From: Torpedo marmorata
Lineage: Eukaryota
Assembly: GCA_977017645.1 (NCBI GenBank)
Contig: OZ360224.1
Coordinates: 54,560,001 to 54,624,000 of the forward strand
DNA length: 64,000 bases
Reading direction: 5' to 3'
The notes under the pieces were generated by a model. The model saw nothing but the letters and a program-made list of their open reading frames with translations, was not told where the DNA came from and made no database searches. This document shows positions 25,301 through 37,062 of the stretch, in pieces. The position numbers were made by a program, and so were the translations under genes. The stretch's first letter is position 1. The number at the start of each line of letters is the position of its first letter.

Positions 25301-28300
25301 TTAAATTGGGAATCAGATTTGAATGTAATAATAGACGAAGAACATTGGAAAGAATTATGTAAACAAAGTATGACGAAGATTATTAATGTTAGATATAGAT
25401 TAGTGCAATATAATTTTTTTCATCAATTATATTTAACACCTAAAAAATTAAAGAAATTTAATCTGACATTATCTGGTTTATGCTTTAGATGTAATAGAGA
25501 GGAAGGTTCTTTTGTACATTCTACGTGGTTTTATCCAAGATATATGATCTTTGGTTGAAAGTTTAAAAGTTTTTAGATAAAGTATTAAGAATTACACTTC
25601 CAATGGATCCTATGATATTTTTGTTTGGAGATATTAAAAGAATTAGTGTTAAGATGAAATTAAATATGTATCAAACAGAATTTTTACGTATTGCTTTAGC
25701 TGTTTCTAAGAAATGCATTGCAATTACATGGAAATCTGATGTAGATTTAGGGTTAGAAAGATGGCATGCAGAACTTCGTTCATGTATACCACTTGAAAAA
25801 AATTACTTATAATTTACGTAATAAATATCATTTCTTTTTGAAAATATGGAGCCCATATATAAAAACTGTTGGTTTAAGGATTTGAAGATCTCTGGATATT
25901 GGATCTGACTGGCGAACCTGTGTTCCACAATAAAATTAGTTTATAGCTGTTCTTTTTTAGAGTGACATTCTCCTTACTTTATCTTTTTCTTCTTTCTTTC
26001 TTTCTTTTCAGGAGGGTTAGGGAGGGGAGGGAGGGAGGGAGGGAGGGGAGGTGAAAATGTATCACATGTAATTTGATAATTTTGCATTTTAAACTATGTA
26101 CTGTGTGATTTAAAAAATTTTAAATAAAATATTTAAAAAAACAAAATGAAGCTCCGCATCAGACTCAAGAGGCGACTACAAGGAAGCAAGGCCATGAAAA
26201 GAATCAATGTGGCCAGGCTGAAGAACCCCAGCATAGCTTCAGCACTGGCTGAAGACTTAGAAACCAAACTTGCTGACCTACACCTTGCAGGCAGCGCTGA
26301 GGACGACTGGGAACGCTTCAGGGATGCTGTCCATTCATCTGCACTGAAGATGCTAGGGCCCTCTACCCGCAAGCAGCATGACTGGTTCAATGAGAATGAT
26401 GAGGAGATACAGGCTCTACTTGTTGAAAAGCACCGCCTTCATCGTGCCCATTAGAACGACCCATCATCAACGCCTTCACCAGTCCTCGCAGGACAGTCCA
26501 GAATAAACTGCGTAAAATACAAGATGCATGGCTGAGTGCCAAGGCAGATGAAATACAGGGATACGCTGACAGAAACGACTTGAAACGGTTCTATGAAGCC
26601 CTCAACACTCTCTACGGACCTCAGTCTCTCGGGAGTTCCCCCCTCCTGAGTACAGATGGTACAAATCTCAATTCAGAGAAGGCTCAGATCCTGCAGAGAT
26701 GGGCTGAATACTTTGAAGCTATCCTCAACCGACCGTCATCTATCAACGATGAGGCGATAGACAGGATTCCCCAGGTGAACATCAACAGCGCCATGGATGA
26801 CCCACCGGTAGCAGCTGAAGTCACGAAAGCTGTCAGCCAGCTATCCAGAGGCAAAGCCCCAGGGGCAGACGCCATACCTGCAGAGATCTACAAAGCCGGT
26901 GGTCCTGTACTTATAGAGAAGCTCACCGATTTGCTCCAGTCTTTTTGGACGCAAGGATCCATTCCTCAGGAACTTAAAGATGCATCCATCGTACACCTCT
27001 ACAGGAGGAAGGGCAATCGACAAGTATGCGACAATCACCGAGGTATCTCGCCGCTTTCTATCACAGGAAAAACCCTTGCAAGAATCCTGCTAAATCGTCT
27101 GGTCACTCATCTGGAGCTGGGCCTGCTGCCAGAGTCACAGTGTGGCTTCTGCAAAGGTCGTGGGACTATTGACATGATTTTTGCCGCGCGCCAACTTCAG
27201 GAGAAGTGTCAGGAGCAGAATCGCGAACTCTACACAACCTTTGTTGACCTCACGAAAGCCTTTGACACTGTCAGCCGACAAGGCCTGTGGAGGATCATGT
27301 CAAAGTTTGGCTTCCCCGCCAAATTCATTCAGATGGTACGCCAGTTTCATGATGGAAAGATGACCAGAGTGCTGGATGGCGGGGAATCCTCTAAGGCATT
27401 CCCAGACACCATGGCATCAAGTATGGCTGTATGCTTGCACCCACACTGTTCAGCATGACGTTTACTGCCATGCTGTATGATGCCTTCCAGTACAGTGATG
27501 CTGGAATAAGCCTCAAGTACAGAGTGGATGGAAAGCTCTTCGACCTGAGCAGACTTCAAGCTATTACCAAGGTGAAGGAGATTGTTCTGAGAGACTTCCT
27601 CTTTGCCGATGACTGTGCCCTGTATGCTGGCTCAGAGCCAGAGATGCAAGTCAGTGTGGACAAATTCTCCACGGCTTGTGTCAAATTTGGACTCACTATC
27701 AACATTAAAAAGACTGAAATCATGTACCAGCCTGCTCCTCATGCTCCATACACAGAACCCAAAATCACAATCAAAGGGCAGAAACTACAGGCAGTGGACC
27801 AGTTCACTTACCTTGGCAGCACCCTCTCCCAAGCATTGACTATTGATACAGAAGTTACTACAGAATAGCAAAGGCAAGTTCTGCTTTCGGAAGGCTGCGT
27901 TCCACTGTATGGGAACGTCGAGGAATCAGTCCAGCAACAAAACTGAAGGTCTCCAGAGCCGTGGTACTCACTACCCTCCTGTATGCCTGTGAAACGTGGA
28001 CTGTGTATCGAAGGCATGCAAAACAGCTCAACCATTTGCACATGACTTGTCTTCGCAGAATATTAGGCATCAGATGGCGAGACAAAGTACCAGACACTGA
28101 AGTTCTCTCTCGAGCAAGTCTACCATCAGTCCACACACAGCTGATGAGAGCACAAACCAGGTGGGCAGGTCATGTCATCCGTATGCCGGACGAGCGCATA
28201 CCCAAGCAGCTCCTTTTTGGGGAACTCTCTGCTGGTAGACACTCGCATGGAGGGCAGAAGAAACGTTACAAAACACACTAAAGGCCACCCTGAAGTCACT

Positions 28301-28574
28301 TGACATAGTCACGACCACCTGGGAAATGCTGGCACAAAACCGCCCTACCTGGCGCGGCCTTATCCACACTGAAGCACAACATAAGCGGGAGCTGCGCAAG
28401 TCCAGAGCCATCAGCGCAACAACTGCAGTGCCTACACATGTCTGCCCAACATGTGCCAGGACATTCCGTGCCTGAATTGGCTTGACCAGTCATCTTCGGA
28501 CACAACGCATCCAATTTTAAAGTGACTAATGGTGTCGAGGTCTTCATCGACGACGATGGACGAGCGACGACGAC
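22390..28574 (+). mobile_element. RTE-clade LINE, 5'-truncated and frameshifted, interrupted by L1-a copy 4
   Basis: CWTDHRLIVSKMKLR continues across the L1 into ORF 26146-26454. RT in 26580-27458 and 27431-27868 (LPESQCGF, FVDLTKAFDTVSR, LFADD) and 27961-28281 (LLYACETW). C-terminal C2H2-like CPTC..F...IGLTSH. (cga)n tail. 13-bp TSD gattgtagttaat at 22377-22389 / 28575-28587. Confidence 0.93.
22440..26141 (+). mobile_element. L1-a copy 4, truncated within the APE endonuclease; most of ORF2 present but frameshifted
   Basis: IGGDFN, YSRIDMF, SDHSP (endonuclease); KSPGEDGFP, YRPISLLNVDYKI, TRQGCPLSP, LFADD (RT). Perfect 16-bp TSD caaaatgaagctccgc at 22424-22439 / 26142-26157. Confidence 0.95.
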
Positions 28575-28584
28575 GATTGTAGTT

Positions 28585-28752
28585 AATACACAAAAGTGCT
28601 GGAGAAACTTAGCAGGTCCCACACCGTCCACAGGAGGCAAGATAATCTCTTACATTGACAGAGGACTCAGGCCCGAAACTTTGGATATATACCTTTGCGT
28701 CCTATGGACGCTGTGGGACCTGCTGAGTTTCTCCAGCACTTTTGTGTATTAC
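28585..28752. mobile_element. Inverted (head-to-head) pair of Penelope terminal repeats; left arm begins at ~22350, before the RTE insertion
   Basis: acacaaaagtgctggagaaacttagcaggtcccacaccgtccacagga is the near-perfect reverse complement of tcctatggacgctgtgggacctgctgagtttctccagcacttttgtgt. A decayed hammerhead-like motif lies in the loop. Confidence 0.8.
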
Positions 28753-28889
28753 ATTTATATGGAACCTCACACAAAATCAAGGAATGCCACAGTTTCATTG
28801 AGTCAATGAGGCACCTTTTAAATGTTCAATATTCAATGTGAATTTATTGTCATATCCATTTGTACAATATGCATTCTTGCTTGCTGCAG

Positions 28890-29300
28890 CTAAGCAGTTT
28901 CAACAATGATGAGTCGCACTACAGAGAAAAGGTGGAAAATCTCATGAAATTGGCGTGAGAATAACAACCTGAGTCTTAACGTGGACAAGACAAAGGAGAT
29001 GATTGCGGACTTTAGGAGAAGTAGAGACAACCACCCTTCACTCCATATTGATAGCTTGGAAGTGGAGAGAGTGGAGAGCACCAAGTTCCTCAGTGTCTTC
29101 TTAAGACGAGACCTATCCTGGTCACATAATATCTCCTGACTTATCAGGAAGGCACAACAGCGACTGCACTTCCTGAGAAGGCTGAGGCAGACAAGGCAAC
29201 TGGCCACCATTCTGTCAACTTTCTTCAAGAGCTCTATTGAGAGCGTCCTGGCCAACTGCATCACAGTGTGGTACAGTTTCTGAAAAGCACCGGATTGCAG
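28890..29300 (+). mobile_element. Rex1/Babar RT fragment
   Basis: Encodes NNDESHYREKV...NNLSLNVDKTKEMIADFRR...VESTKFL...RKAQQRLHFLRRLR. Confidence 0.82.
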
Positions 29301-30187
29301 GGTATGTAATCCATACATCTAGTCTTGCAGGGTATGTAATCCGTACATCTGGTCTTTGATCATCATCCATCACAGTTAGCAGGCTCGGCAAGCATGATTG
29401 ATAATGTAAACACTGAAACTCAGGTATACAACATCAGGTAGAGAAAAGACCCACTCAAGCAATATCTCCCTGCCCTGTTGCTGCCAGGATCACTGCCTCT
29501 CTTTCATTGCACAAGGGGAGAGGGAACTTTGAACATATCGGCCCACCCCATTTTTCATGGCTCTTGATGAGTAGACACTTGTGTTGTTGAAGGGGTGACA
29601 CTTCCCTCTGCTCCCCACCACACTGCAGACAAGGTCTAAGATTTCAGAGTGAACTTGCTCATCCCATGCCTAAGCAGTGAGTTATGCTCTCAAAGAATGA
29701 GCATTCGAGAAAGGTGTGAAACATACAGCTTGGTCCTGCTTTACACAATTAGAAATGTGGTATTGATGAGGTAACTTCCTAAAGTAGAGTCATGCATTTA
29801 TAAAAACATTCATTTCTTGCAAATACCGTCTTCACTAGCAAGCCCACATTTATTGCCCACTAAGTGGCCTTTAAGAGTCAACTACTTTTCTGGGTCTGAG
29901 TAAAGACGACAGATATCCTCTCATGAAGCACCTAAGGGAACGAGAGATTTTTTTGTGGCTGCTCACTGAAACTTTTTTTTATTGGAAAACAACTCATGTT
30001 CAGTAATTATAATGAAATAGGTGATCTTCAACTCTGTTACCATTTTAACATTTCAATTTTTAGCTCTAATATTATTATATTGTATTTTAAGTAAACAGAT
30101 TAGTAACCATTGTTTATTTGCATTAATTTATAAAGCCACCGGTTGATCAGGAAGAGCTATCACCAAGCCTCCAGCTACGGTAACCAT

Positions 30188-30437
30188 GGGCAGGACGGTT
30201 AAAGTAGCGGTTAGTGCAACTCTGTTACAGCGCCAGCTACCACGTTTCAAATCCAGCTCTGTCTGTAAGGAGATTGTACTTTCTCCTCGCATCTGCGTGG
30301 GTTTCTTCCGAGTGCTACGGTTTCCTCCCACCCTTCAAAACGTACCAGGTTGTAGGTCAATTGGGTGACATTGGGCTCGAGGGCCGATAGGGCCTGTTAC
30401 CGTGCTGTATGTCTAAATTCAAAATTTAAAATTTAAA
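30188..30437 (+). mobile_element. tRNA-derived V-SINE (HE1-like)
   Basis: Same head, V-domain and CR1-like tail as 3558-3810. Confidence 0.85.
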
Positions 30438-31118
30438 TGGTGATATTTCTTTGTCAGAAATTACCATGATGGGCCAGGTCATCTGATCAGCTTTCATTTT
30501 AATAGTCCCTGGCCTACATCACGGTCACTCAAGGCTTTTTCAACCCCATTGGCCATGTCTGGAGTTTCTGACCTCGATCTTGGCCAAACCCGGACACTTT
30601 GAACCTCTCCACTGGAAACTCCTGGGGTTCCTCATGCCAGGGCTCCCAATCCCAGACCACAGAGTCATTAATTTCTGCAGCAGAACCATAATCCCACAAT
30701 TATGCCTCTGGGTGGGAATTGCAGTACCTCCTGACCTGTGCATTAAAAAAAATAATAGTTACTAATGCAGACTTAATTTAAAGAAGTGAATTAATTGTTT
30801 GAAAAAAAATATAAAATGTGTTTGTGTAGTTTAAGCTCTTTTCTTCCTCAAAAGTGACTAAGTCTTCTGATTTTTGTAAGCCAAAATAATTAATAAAAAC
30901 TATTACCGTACTTTTCATCAACCTTGTCTGTTTTGGTTGTTACTCAGTTGCAAATGTTTTAAGTTCATCCCACAATTTAGATTAAACTTTAGATATTACC
31001 TTTAGAAACTATTTTGGCATCTTACGGTCTAAGGACTCACGCAGGCTGCAGTCTGCTGTGACTTGCGGTCTAAGGAACCACACAGGCTGCAGGCTGCTGG
31101 AGACTAGCGCATGGTAAC

Positions 31119-32013
31119 TGTTACAGAATCAAACCAGCAACGACAGAAGACGCAATGCAAAAGGGGTAAAATTGAAATTATTATTTATTAAACACAAGTA
31201 AACATATAATTTCACAACAATTAACCCCACTATAAACGTCTATAAACTCTATTCTTATCTAAAAGGTGTGTGTGTGTGTAAAGCCCAGACCATTACAGTC
31301 TGTGCCCAACCCTTATGTAAAAATGGAAAAACTTTCCCCAAAAACCCCAGGTCAGTCATAAAAAACAAGTCAGTCAAAAAAACAAAAGAATAATTCAGTC
31401 CACAAGATTCACTCTCTAAGTTCAGGCTTCAATTCAGCTCTGGGTCTGGTAGAAGTATTTCTGAATGAACGTTGGAGAGAGACAATGACTGTTATGCTTA
31501 CAAATACTTGTTTTCTTCTCTGATGACGTCCCCTTCTTGTAGGTGCATAAGGATTGCAAGTTCCAGATCAGTATACCACTGATTTAGGCGTATGCTTGAA
31601 TCTCACAGCTAGTCTCGCTGATCTCACGCCTGTTCTCCACAGAAGTTGCTTTTCTCAGAATTTCTCTGAGACAGGAGGCCATGTGCTATTTTGTCAGTCT
31701 TTTCTCTGACTGCACAAACCTGGATTTGGCTGTGTCATGTAGCCTTGCAACTCACAACTGTGTCTGCTTTGCAGAGATCTGCCCCTGCTTTTTGCAGAAG
31801 TGAAACAAATGTATCTTGTCGGGTCTCTCTCTGGTCTCTCTCTGTCTCTCTCTGTCTGGGTACACCAAAAGTGCAACAATGTATCTTGTCTGGGTACACC
31901 AAGTAGCTGGGGAAGTTAACTCTTTCAGTACCTGGCCCCAGTGTATACTCCAAAAGAATTCATCCTTCCTGCTAACCGTCCGCAGTCCAAATGGTCAGTC
32001 ATGGTCCATAACA
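31119..32013 (-). repeat. 3' LTR (895 bp)
   Basis: tgttac...ataaca, adjacent to polypurine tract gagggtgggagg (minus strand, 32014-32025). Confidence 0.95.
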
Positions 32014-32145
32014 CCTCCCACCCTCAAAGGAAATTTTGGTCTGCAACAACCAAATTTAGGAAAGTAAGTGAGGTGTCAGAATATAAACAAAATCTACAAT
32101 GTTTATCCACAAATACAAAATATGAACTATTTTCATTGATAAAGT

Positions 32146-33099
32146 TTAACATCTAGAAAGACAATCAGCAATTACATTATCTCTCCCTTTTATATGAGTG
32201 ATTACCAAATTATATTCTTGCAAAATTAGACTCCAATTCAACAACCGTCGATTCTTATTTTTCATTTTACAAAGAAAAACCAATGGATTATGGTCAGTAT
32301 ACACTATGAGTGGTTTTTGAGCTGTACAGATATACACATCAAAATGTTGTAGAGCCAACACAAGAGCCAACAACTCTTTCTCTATAGTTGAATAATTCCT
32401 TTGATGATCATTGAACTTCTTCGAGAGGTCAATGTCCTCTTCGTTCTTCTTCTGTAACAGCACCGCACCCACAGCTTCATCGCTCGCATCCACGGCTAAA
32501 GAAAACGACTGTTCTAAATTAGGTGACTTAAGCACAGGTTGGTGGCATAACATGGCTTTCAATTTGACAAATGCTTCCTGACAACCTGTAGACCATACAA
32601 ATTTTTCTTTCTTTCTAAGCAAATTTGTGAGAGGGAGCGCAAGATCAGCAAAGTTTTTACAGAACTTGCGGTAGTAGCCAATCATTCCCAGGAACCTCCT
32701 CAGAGTTTTCTTACCAGTTGGAACAGAGAACTCGGAAATAGCGACAACCTTTGCCTCTACTGGCGCCAACTGCCCCTGTCCTACTACATAACCCTGAGAA
32801 TTAACAGTCCCATGACCCTCTCTGAAACTGGTTCTATCTGTCTCCTCCTTACCCCTGTCAATAACCAGTACCTCTGGTACATTTTCAGTCCCTTTGTGTG
32901 GCACCTGTTCAAAATATGGCTTAATCATATTCACATGACAGACCTGTGTGTCTCGTCTGCGATTAGGTGTTTCTATGACATAGGTGACATCATTAATTTT
33001 TAACTTAACTCTATAGGGTCCTGAAAATCTAGCCCTAAGATGATTTGAATGGATGGGAAACAGAACTAATATGTTCTCACCAGGGTTAAAAGTTCTCAT
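32146..33099 (-). pseudogene. Integrase C-terminus (GPY) joined in frame to RT thumb and RNase H; RT catalytic core missing
   Basis: ARFSGPYRV...CHVNMIKPY is followed after a short linker by GYVVGQG...LRRFLGMIGYYRKF, AVDASDEAVGAVLLQ, YSTIEKELLA, TDHNPL, NVIADCLSR. No YxDD motif. Confidence 0.88.
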
Positions 33100-33146
33100 C
33101 TTCGCCTTTCGATCATATCAAATCTTCATTCTCTGTTGAGTGGCCT

Positions 33147-33930
33147 TTAAATTCTCCTTTGCCATCTATGTAACCGATCCTTAAATTTGGAAACATAATC
33201 TAACAGATTTAAATGCACATCACGATTAATCCACTGATCTTTTAATAATCTTAAAGGACCTCTCACCTCATGTCCGAAAACTAACTCGAATGGACTAAAA
33301 CCGAGTGAGTCTTGGACAGACTCCCTCGCTGCAAATAACAACAAATGAACCCCCTCATCCCAATCCTTTTCCTTCTCACAACAATAGGTTCTAATCAGTT
33401 TAAAAGTTGAATGGAACCTCTCCAAGGCCCCTTGACCTTCTGGATGGTACGCAGAGGATACAATCTGTTTAACTCCCAGTCCATCAACCACTTGTTGGAA
33501 AACGCCTGACATGAAATTACTGCCCTGATCTGATTGAATTTCCCTTGGCAAACCTACCAAGGTGAAAAACTTTACCATAGCCTTTACAATTGACTTTGCT
33601 TTTATGTTTCACAGAGGAATGGCCTCTGGAAATCTGGTGGCTGCACACATAATTGTTAACAAATATTCATTCCCCGCTTTGGTTTTGGGCAATGGGCCAA
33701 CACAGTCCACAATTACTCTCGAGAAAGGCTCACTGAAAGCAGGGATAGGTTGCAAGGGTGCCACCGGGGGACCCTGATTAGGTTTACCCACCACCTGACA
33801 AGTGTGACAGGCCCGGCAAAAGCTTACAACCTCCCTTCTCAAACTGGGCCAATAAAACTGTTTCATTATCTTACTTATAGTTTTCTTCACCCCAAGATGA
33901 CCACCTAAGGGTGTATGTACTATGAGCCAA
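33147..33930 (-). pseudogene. Integrase zinc-binding and DDE core, frameshifted
   Basis: WPSLRREVVSFCRACHTCQ, IVDCVGPLPK, QSDQGSNF, SSAYHPEGQGALERFH. Confidence 0.9.
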
Positions 33931-36069
33931 AGTTATTATTGCATCCCTATATACTTTAGAGATCACAACCTGCTGCACTACTGCCCATTCTTCATTGGCA
34001 GGAACATCACGTGGTCTCCACTTTCTCATCAACACCCCATCGTTTTCATAATACCCTACTGGCACCTTTTTAATCTCCTCTTCAGAGAGAACCTTATCCC
34101 TCACCTCAACAAGATCAGGATCGTCCTTTTGCCTTGCTATTAACTCCTGTCGGGATAGTGACAAATCTGTGCCTTTAGGTGTCTTATCAGTGGATGGGTG
34201 TAACATAGGAGATTGCTCAACCTTTTCCAGGTTTTCTTGATTATCAGTTTCTTTTTCTTTTACCAAGTTATTTTCCACTGCCTTCTCTACAGTGACATTT
34301 TTCTTAGACATGGCCCTGGTTATGGCACATGCCGGATAAATATCAGAGTCCTTCTCTGACTTATCAATGACTGGCTTAGTGGTCATTCTCACTGCAGGAA
34401 CTACTTTACCCTTGGCCAAGTCATTGCCTAACAACAGTGAGACTCCTTCTACTGGCAACTCTGATCTCACTCCTATTATAACTGGTCCTTCCACCAAGTC
34501 TGAGTTCAATACTATTTTGTGCAAAGGAATGGACTCAACCTCACCACCAATTCCTTTTATTAAATTTATGTCACCGGTGTCAGTAGCTTCACAAAATTCC
34601 AAGACACTATCTAACACAATTGACTGAGCAGCTCCAGTATCTCGCAAGATTTTCACTGGAAAATGTTTTGATCCTGCCTTAACTGAAACAAAACCATCAG
34701 TCACAAAAGGTTTAAATACATCTTTAACTTTGTCAGTAAATTTATCTCCTTCCTGGGTGTTATGAATCTTCTCACTCTGAATACAAGCATTAGGTGTTGC
34801 ATCCTTTTCTCTCTTCTTTTTCAACACTGGACAGCTTGCTAGCATATGACCAGCCTTTCTACAGTAGTGGCAAATGGGACCTGAATTGTTTTCCCTTTTC
34901 CACTTTCCTTCATCCCTTTCCTTAACACCACTTCCAAATTTACTTTCCACTTGCTTCTGATTATCCACCGTGACCTTTTGTAAAATTCTACCTGACGTCC
35001 ACTTAGGCTTGTGGGTTAAAGCATATTCATCTGCTAACTTAGCTGAATTTTGCCAAGTTTTCACCTCCTTTTCATCTAAGTATGCCTTAATATCCTCAGG
35101 AACACACCTTTTTATCTCCTCGATTATTATCAATTCTCTCAATTGATTGTAATCATTGTTTACTGCCTTAGATGTGCACCATCTGTCAAAACACACAACT
35201 TTTTCATAGGCAAACTCTGTATAAGATTGGGTTGCTGATCTTTTTAAATTTCTAAACTTCTGTCTATAAGCCTCTGGAACTAACTCATAAGCCTGGAGTA
35301 TAGCCTTTTTCACCGTTTCATAATCAGCAGCTTGTTCCATGGTAAGAGTAGAATAAGCTTGCTGAGCTTTTCCTTTAATTACACTTTGTAACATAAGAGA
35401 CCATTGGTCTTGTGGCCATTTTAATTTCACAGCCACTTTCTCAAAATGTTGGAAGTACTTATCTATTTCTGCCTCCTCAAATGGAGGAACCAACCTAACT
35501 TCTCTACTAGCCAAAAACCCCTCAGCAGGATGACGAATTTGATTTTGGCGCTCTTCTTGTCTCCTCTCATTTTCCAACCTCATCTTTTCCAACTTATGTT
35601 TCCTATTTCTCTCATCGTTCTCTCAATCTAATCTCTTTCGTTCTAATTCCATGTCAAATTTCTTTTGTTCCCTGTCTGCCTCCAATTTATTTTGTTCCAA
35701 TTCCAATTTCTTTTGTTCCCTGTCTGCCTCCAATTTATTTTGTTCCAATTCCAATTTCTTTTGTTCCCTGTCTGCCTCCAATTTATTTTGTTCCAATTCC
35801 AATTTCTTTATTTCCAATTGTATGTTTTCAGAAGGTTTACCCTTGGGAAACTGCTCTAACATGCTCTCCTCACATTTTTTTTCTTTTATATAGTACTTGA
35901 CAATTTTTCTCCCAATCTCTGCCTTTTTCATAGATGGTTTTACAGAAGCAATGCCCAACTCTGTTGCTATAGCCACTAACTGTTCCTTTTTCGCCTTTTT
36001 TAAAGTATCAGGTTCAGGTGATTCCAAAAACTGTTCGACATCCATTGTTGCTGGTTTTTTGTTACACAC
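33871..36069 (-). pseudogene. gag (coiled-coil, SCAN-like capsid region, CCHC knuckle) and aspartic protease, one in-frame stop at 35623-35625
   Basis: ORFs 35623-36069 and 33871-35592 are in the same frame. CHYCRKAGHMLASC zinc knuckle; ILRDTGAAQS protease; LLLGNDL. Confidence 0.88.
35657..35808 (-). repeat. Three perfect 48-bp coding tandem repeats in gag
   Basis: KKLELEQNKLEADREQ x3. Confidence 0.92.
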
Positions 36070-36155
36070 ACACTAGCTTTTCATTAGCTTTACCAAAAGG
36101 AATGCCTTAAACCAAACTGGGATTCCTTCAATTACCAAGATGGATTTTGATTCAA

Positions 36156-36174
36156 ATCCTGCAACGAGCCCCCA
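36156..36174 (-). promoter_or_regulatory. Primer-binding site, tRNA-Pro type
   Basis: Minus strand tgggggctcgttgcaggat lies 3 nt inside the 5' LTR. TGGGGGCTCGT is complementary to the tRNA-Pro 3' end. Confidence 0.85.
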
Positions 36175-36177
36175 ATT

Positions 36178-37062
36178 TGTTACAAAATCAAACCAGCAAC
36201 GACAGAAGACGCAATGCAAAAGGGGTAAAATTGAAATTATTATTTATTAAACACAAGTAAACATATAATTTCACAACAATTAACCCCACTATAAACGTCT
36301 ATAAACTCTATTCTTATCTAAAAGGTGTGTGTGTGTGTAAAGCCCAGACCATTACAGTCTGTGCCCAACCCTTATGTAAAAATGGAAAAACTTTCCCCAA
36401 AAACCCCAGGTCAGTCATAAAAAACAAGTCAGTCAAAAAAACAAAAGAATAATTCAGTCCACAAGATTCACTCTCTAAGTTCAGGCTTCAATTCAGCTCT
36501 GGGTCTGGTAGAAGTATTTCTGAATGAACGTTGGAGAGAGACAATGACTGTTATGCTTACAAATACTTGTTTTCTTCTCTGATGACGTCCCCTTCTTGTA
36601 GGTGCATAAGGATTGCAAGTTCCAGATCAGTATACCACTGATTTAGGCGTATGCTTGAATCTCACAGCTAGTCTCGCTGATCTCACGCCTGTTCTCCACA
36701 GAAGTTGCTTTTCTCAGAATTTCTCTGAGACAGGAGGCCATGTGCTATTTTGTCAGTCTTTTCTCTGACTGCACAAACCTGGATTTGGCTGTGTCTTGTA
36801 GCCTTGCAACTCACAACTGTGTCTGCTTTGCAGAGATCTGCCCCTGCTTTTTGCAGAAGTGGAACAAATGTATCTTGTCGGGTCTCTCTCTGGTCTCTCT
36901 CTGTCTGGGTACACCAAAAGTGCAACAATGTATCTTGTCTGGGTACACCAAGTAGCTGGGGAAGTTAACTCTTTCAGTACCTGGCCCCAGTGTATACTCC
37001 AAAAGAATTCATCCTTTCTGCTAACCGTCCGCAGTCCAAATGGTCAGTCATGGTCCATAACA
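36178..37062 (-). repeat. 5' LTR (885 bp)
   Basis: Matches 31119-32013 except about four substitutions and one 10-bp indel found by eye. Confidence 0.95.

Larger units (their letters stand above)
31119..37062 (-). mobile_element. Gmr1-type Ty3/Gypsy LTR retrotransposon, complete ends, internally defective
   Basis: TG...CA LTRs at 31119-32013 and 36178-37062. 4-bp TSD taac at 31115-31118 / 37063-37066. PBS and PPT present. Domain order gag-PR-IN-(RT)-RH. Confidence 0.95.

Noticed and set aside
26146-28574. Horizontal transfer of the RTE element, suggested by higher GC and the known behaviour of some RTE families
   Set aside because: Cannot be supported from sequence alone; it needs a cross-species identity search.
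29296-29355. 30-bp tandem duplication (also a 20-bp one at ~18767-18802)
   Set aside because: Local two-copy duplications at decayed TE breakpoints with no sign of function.
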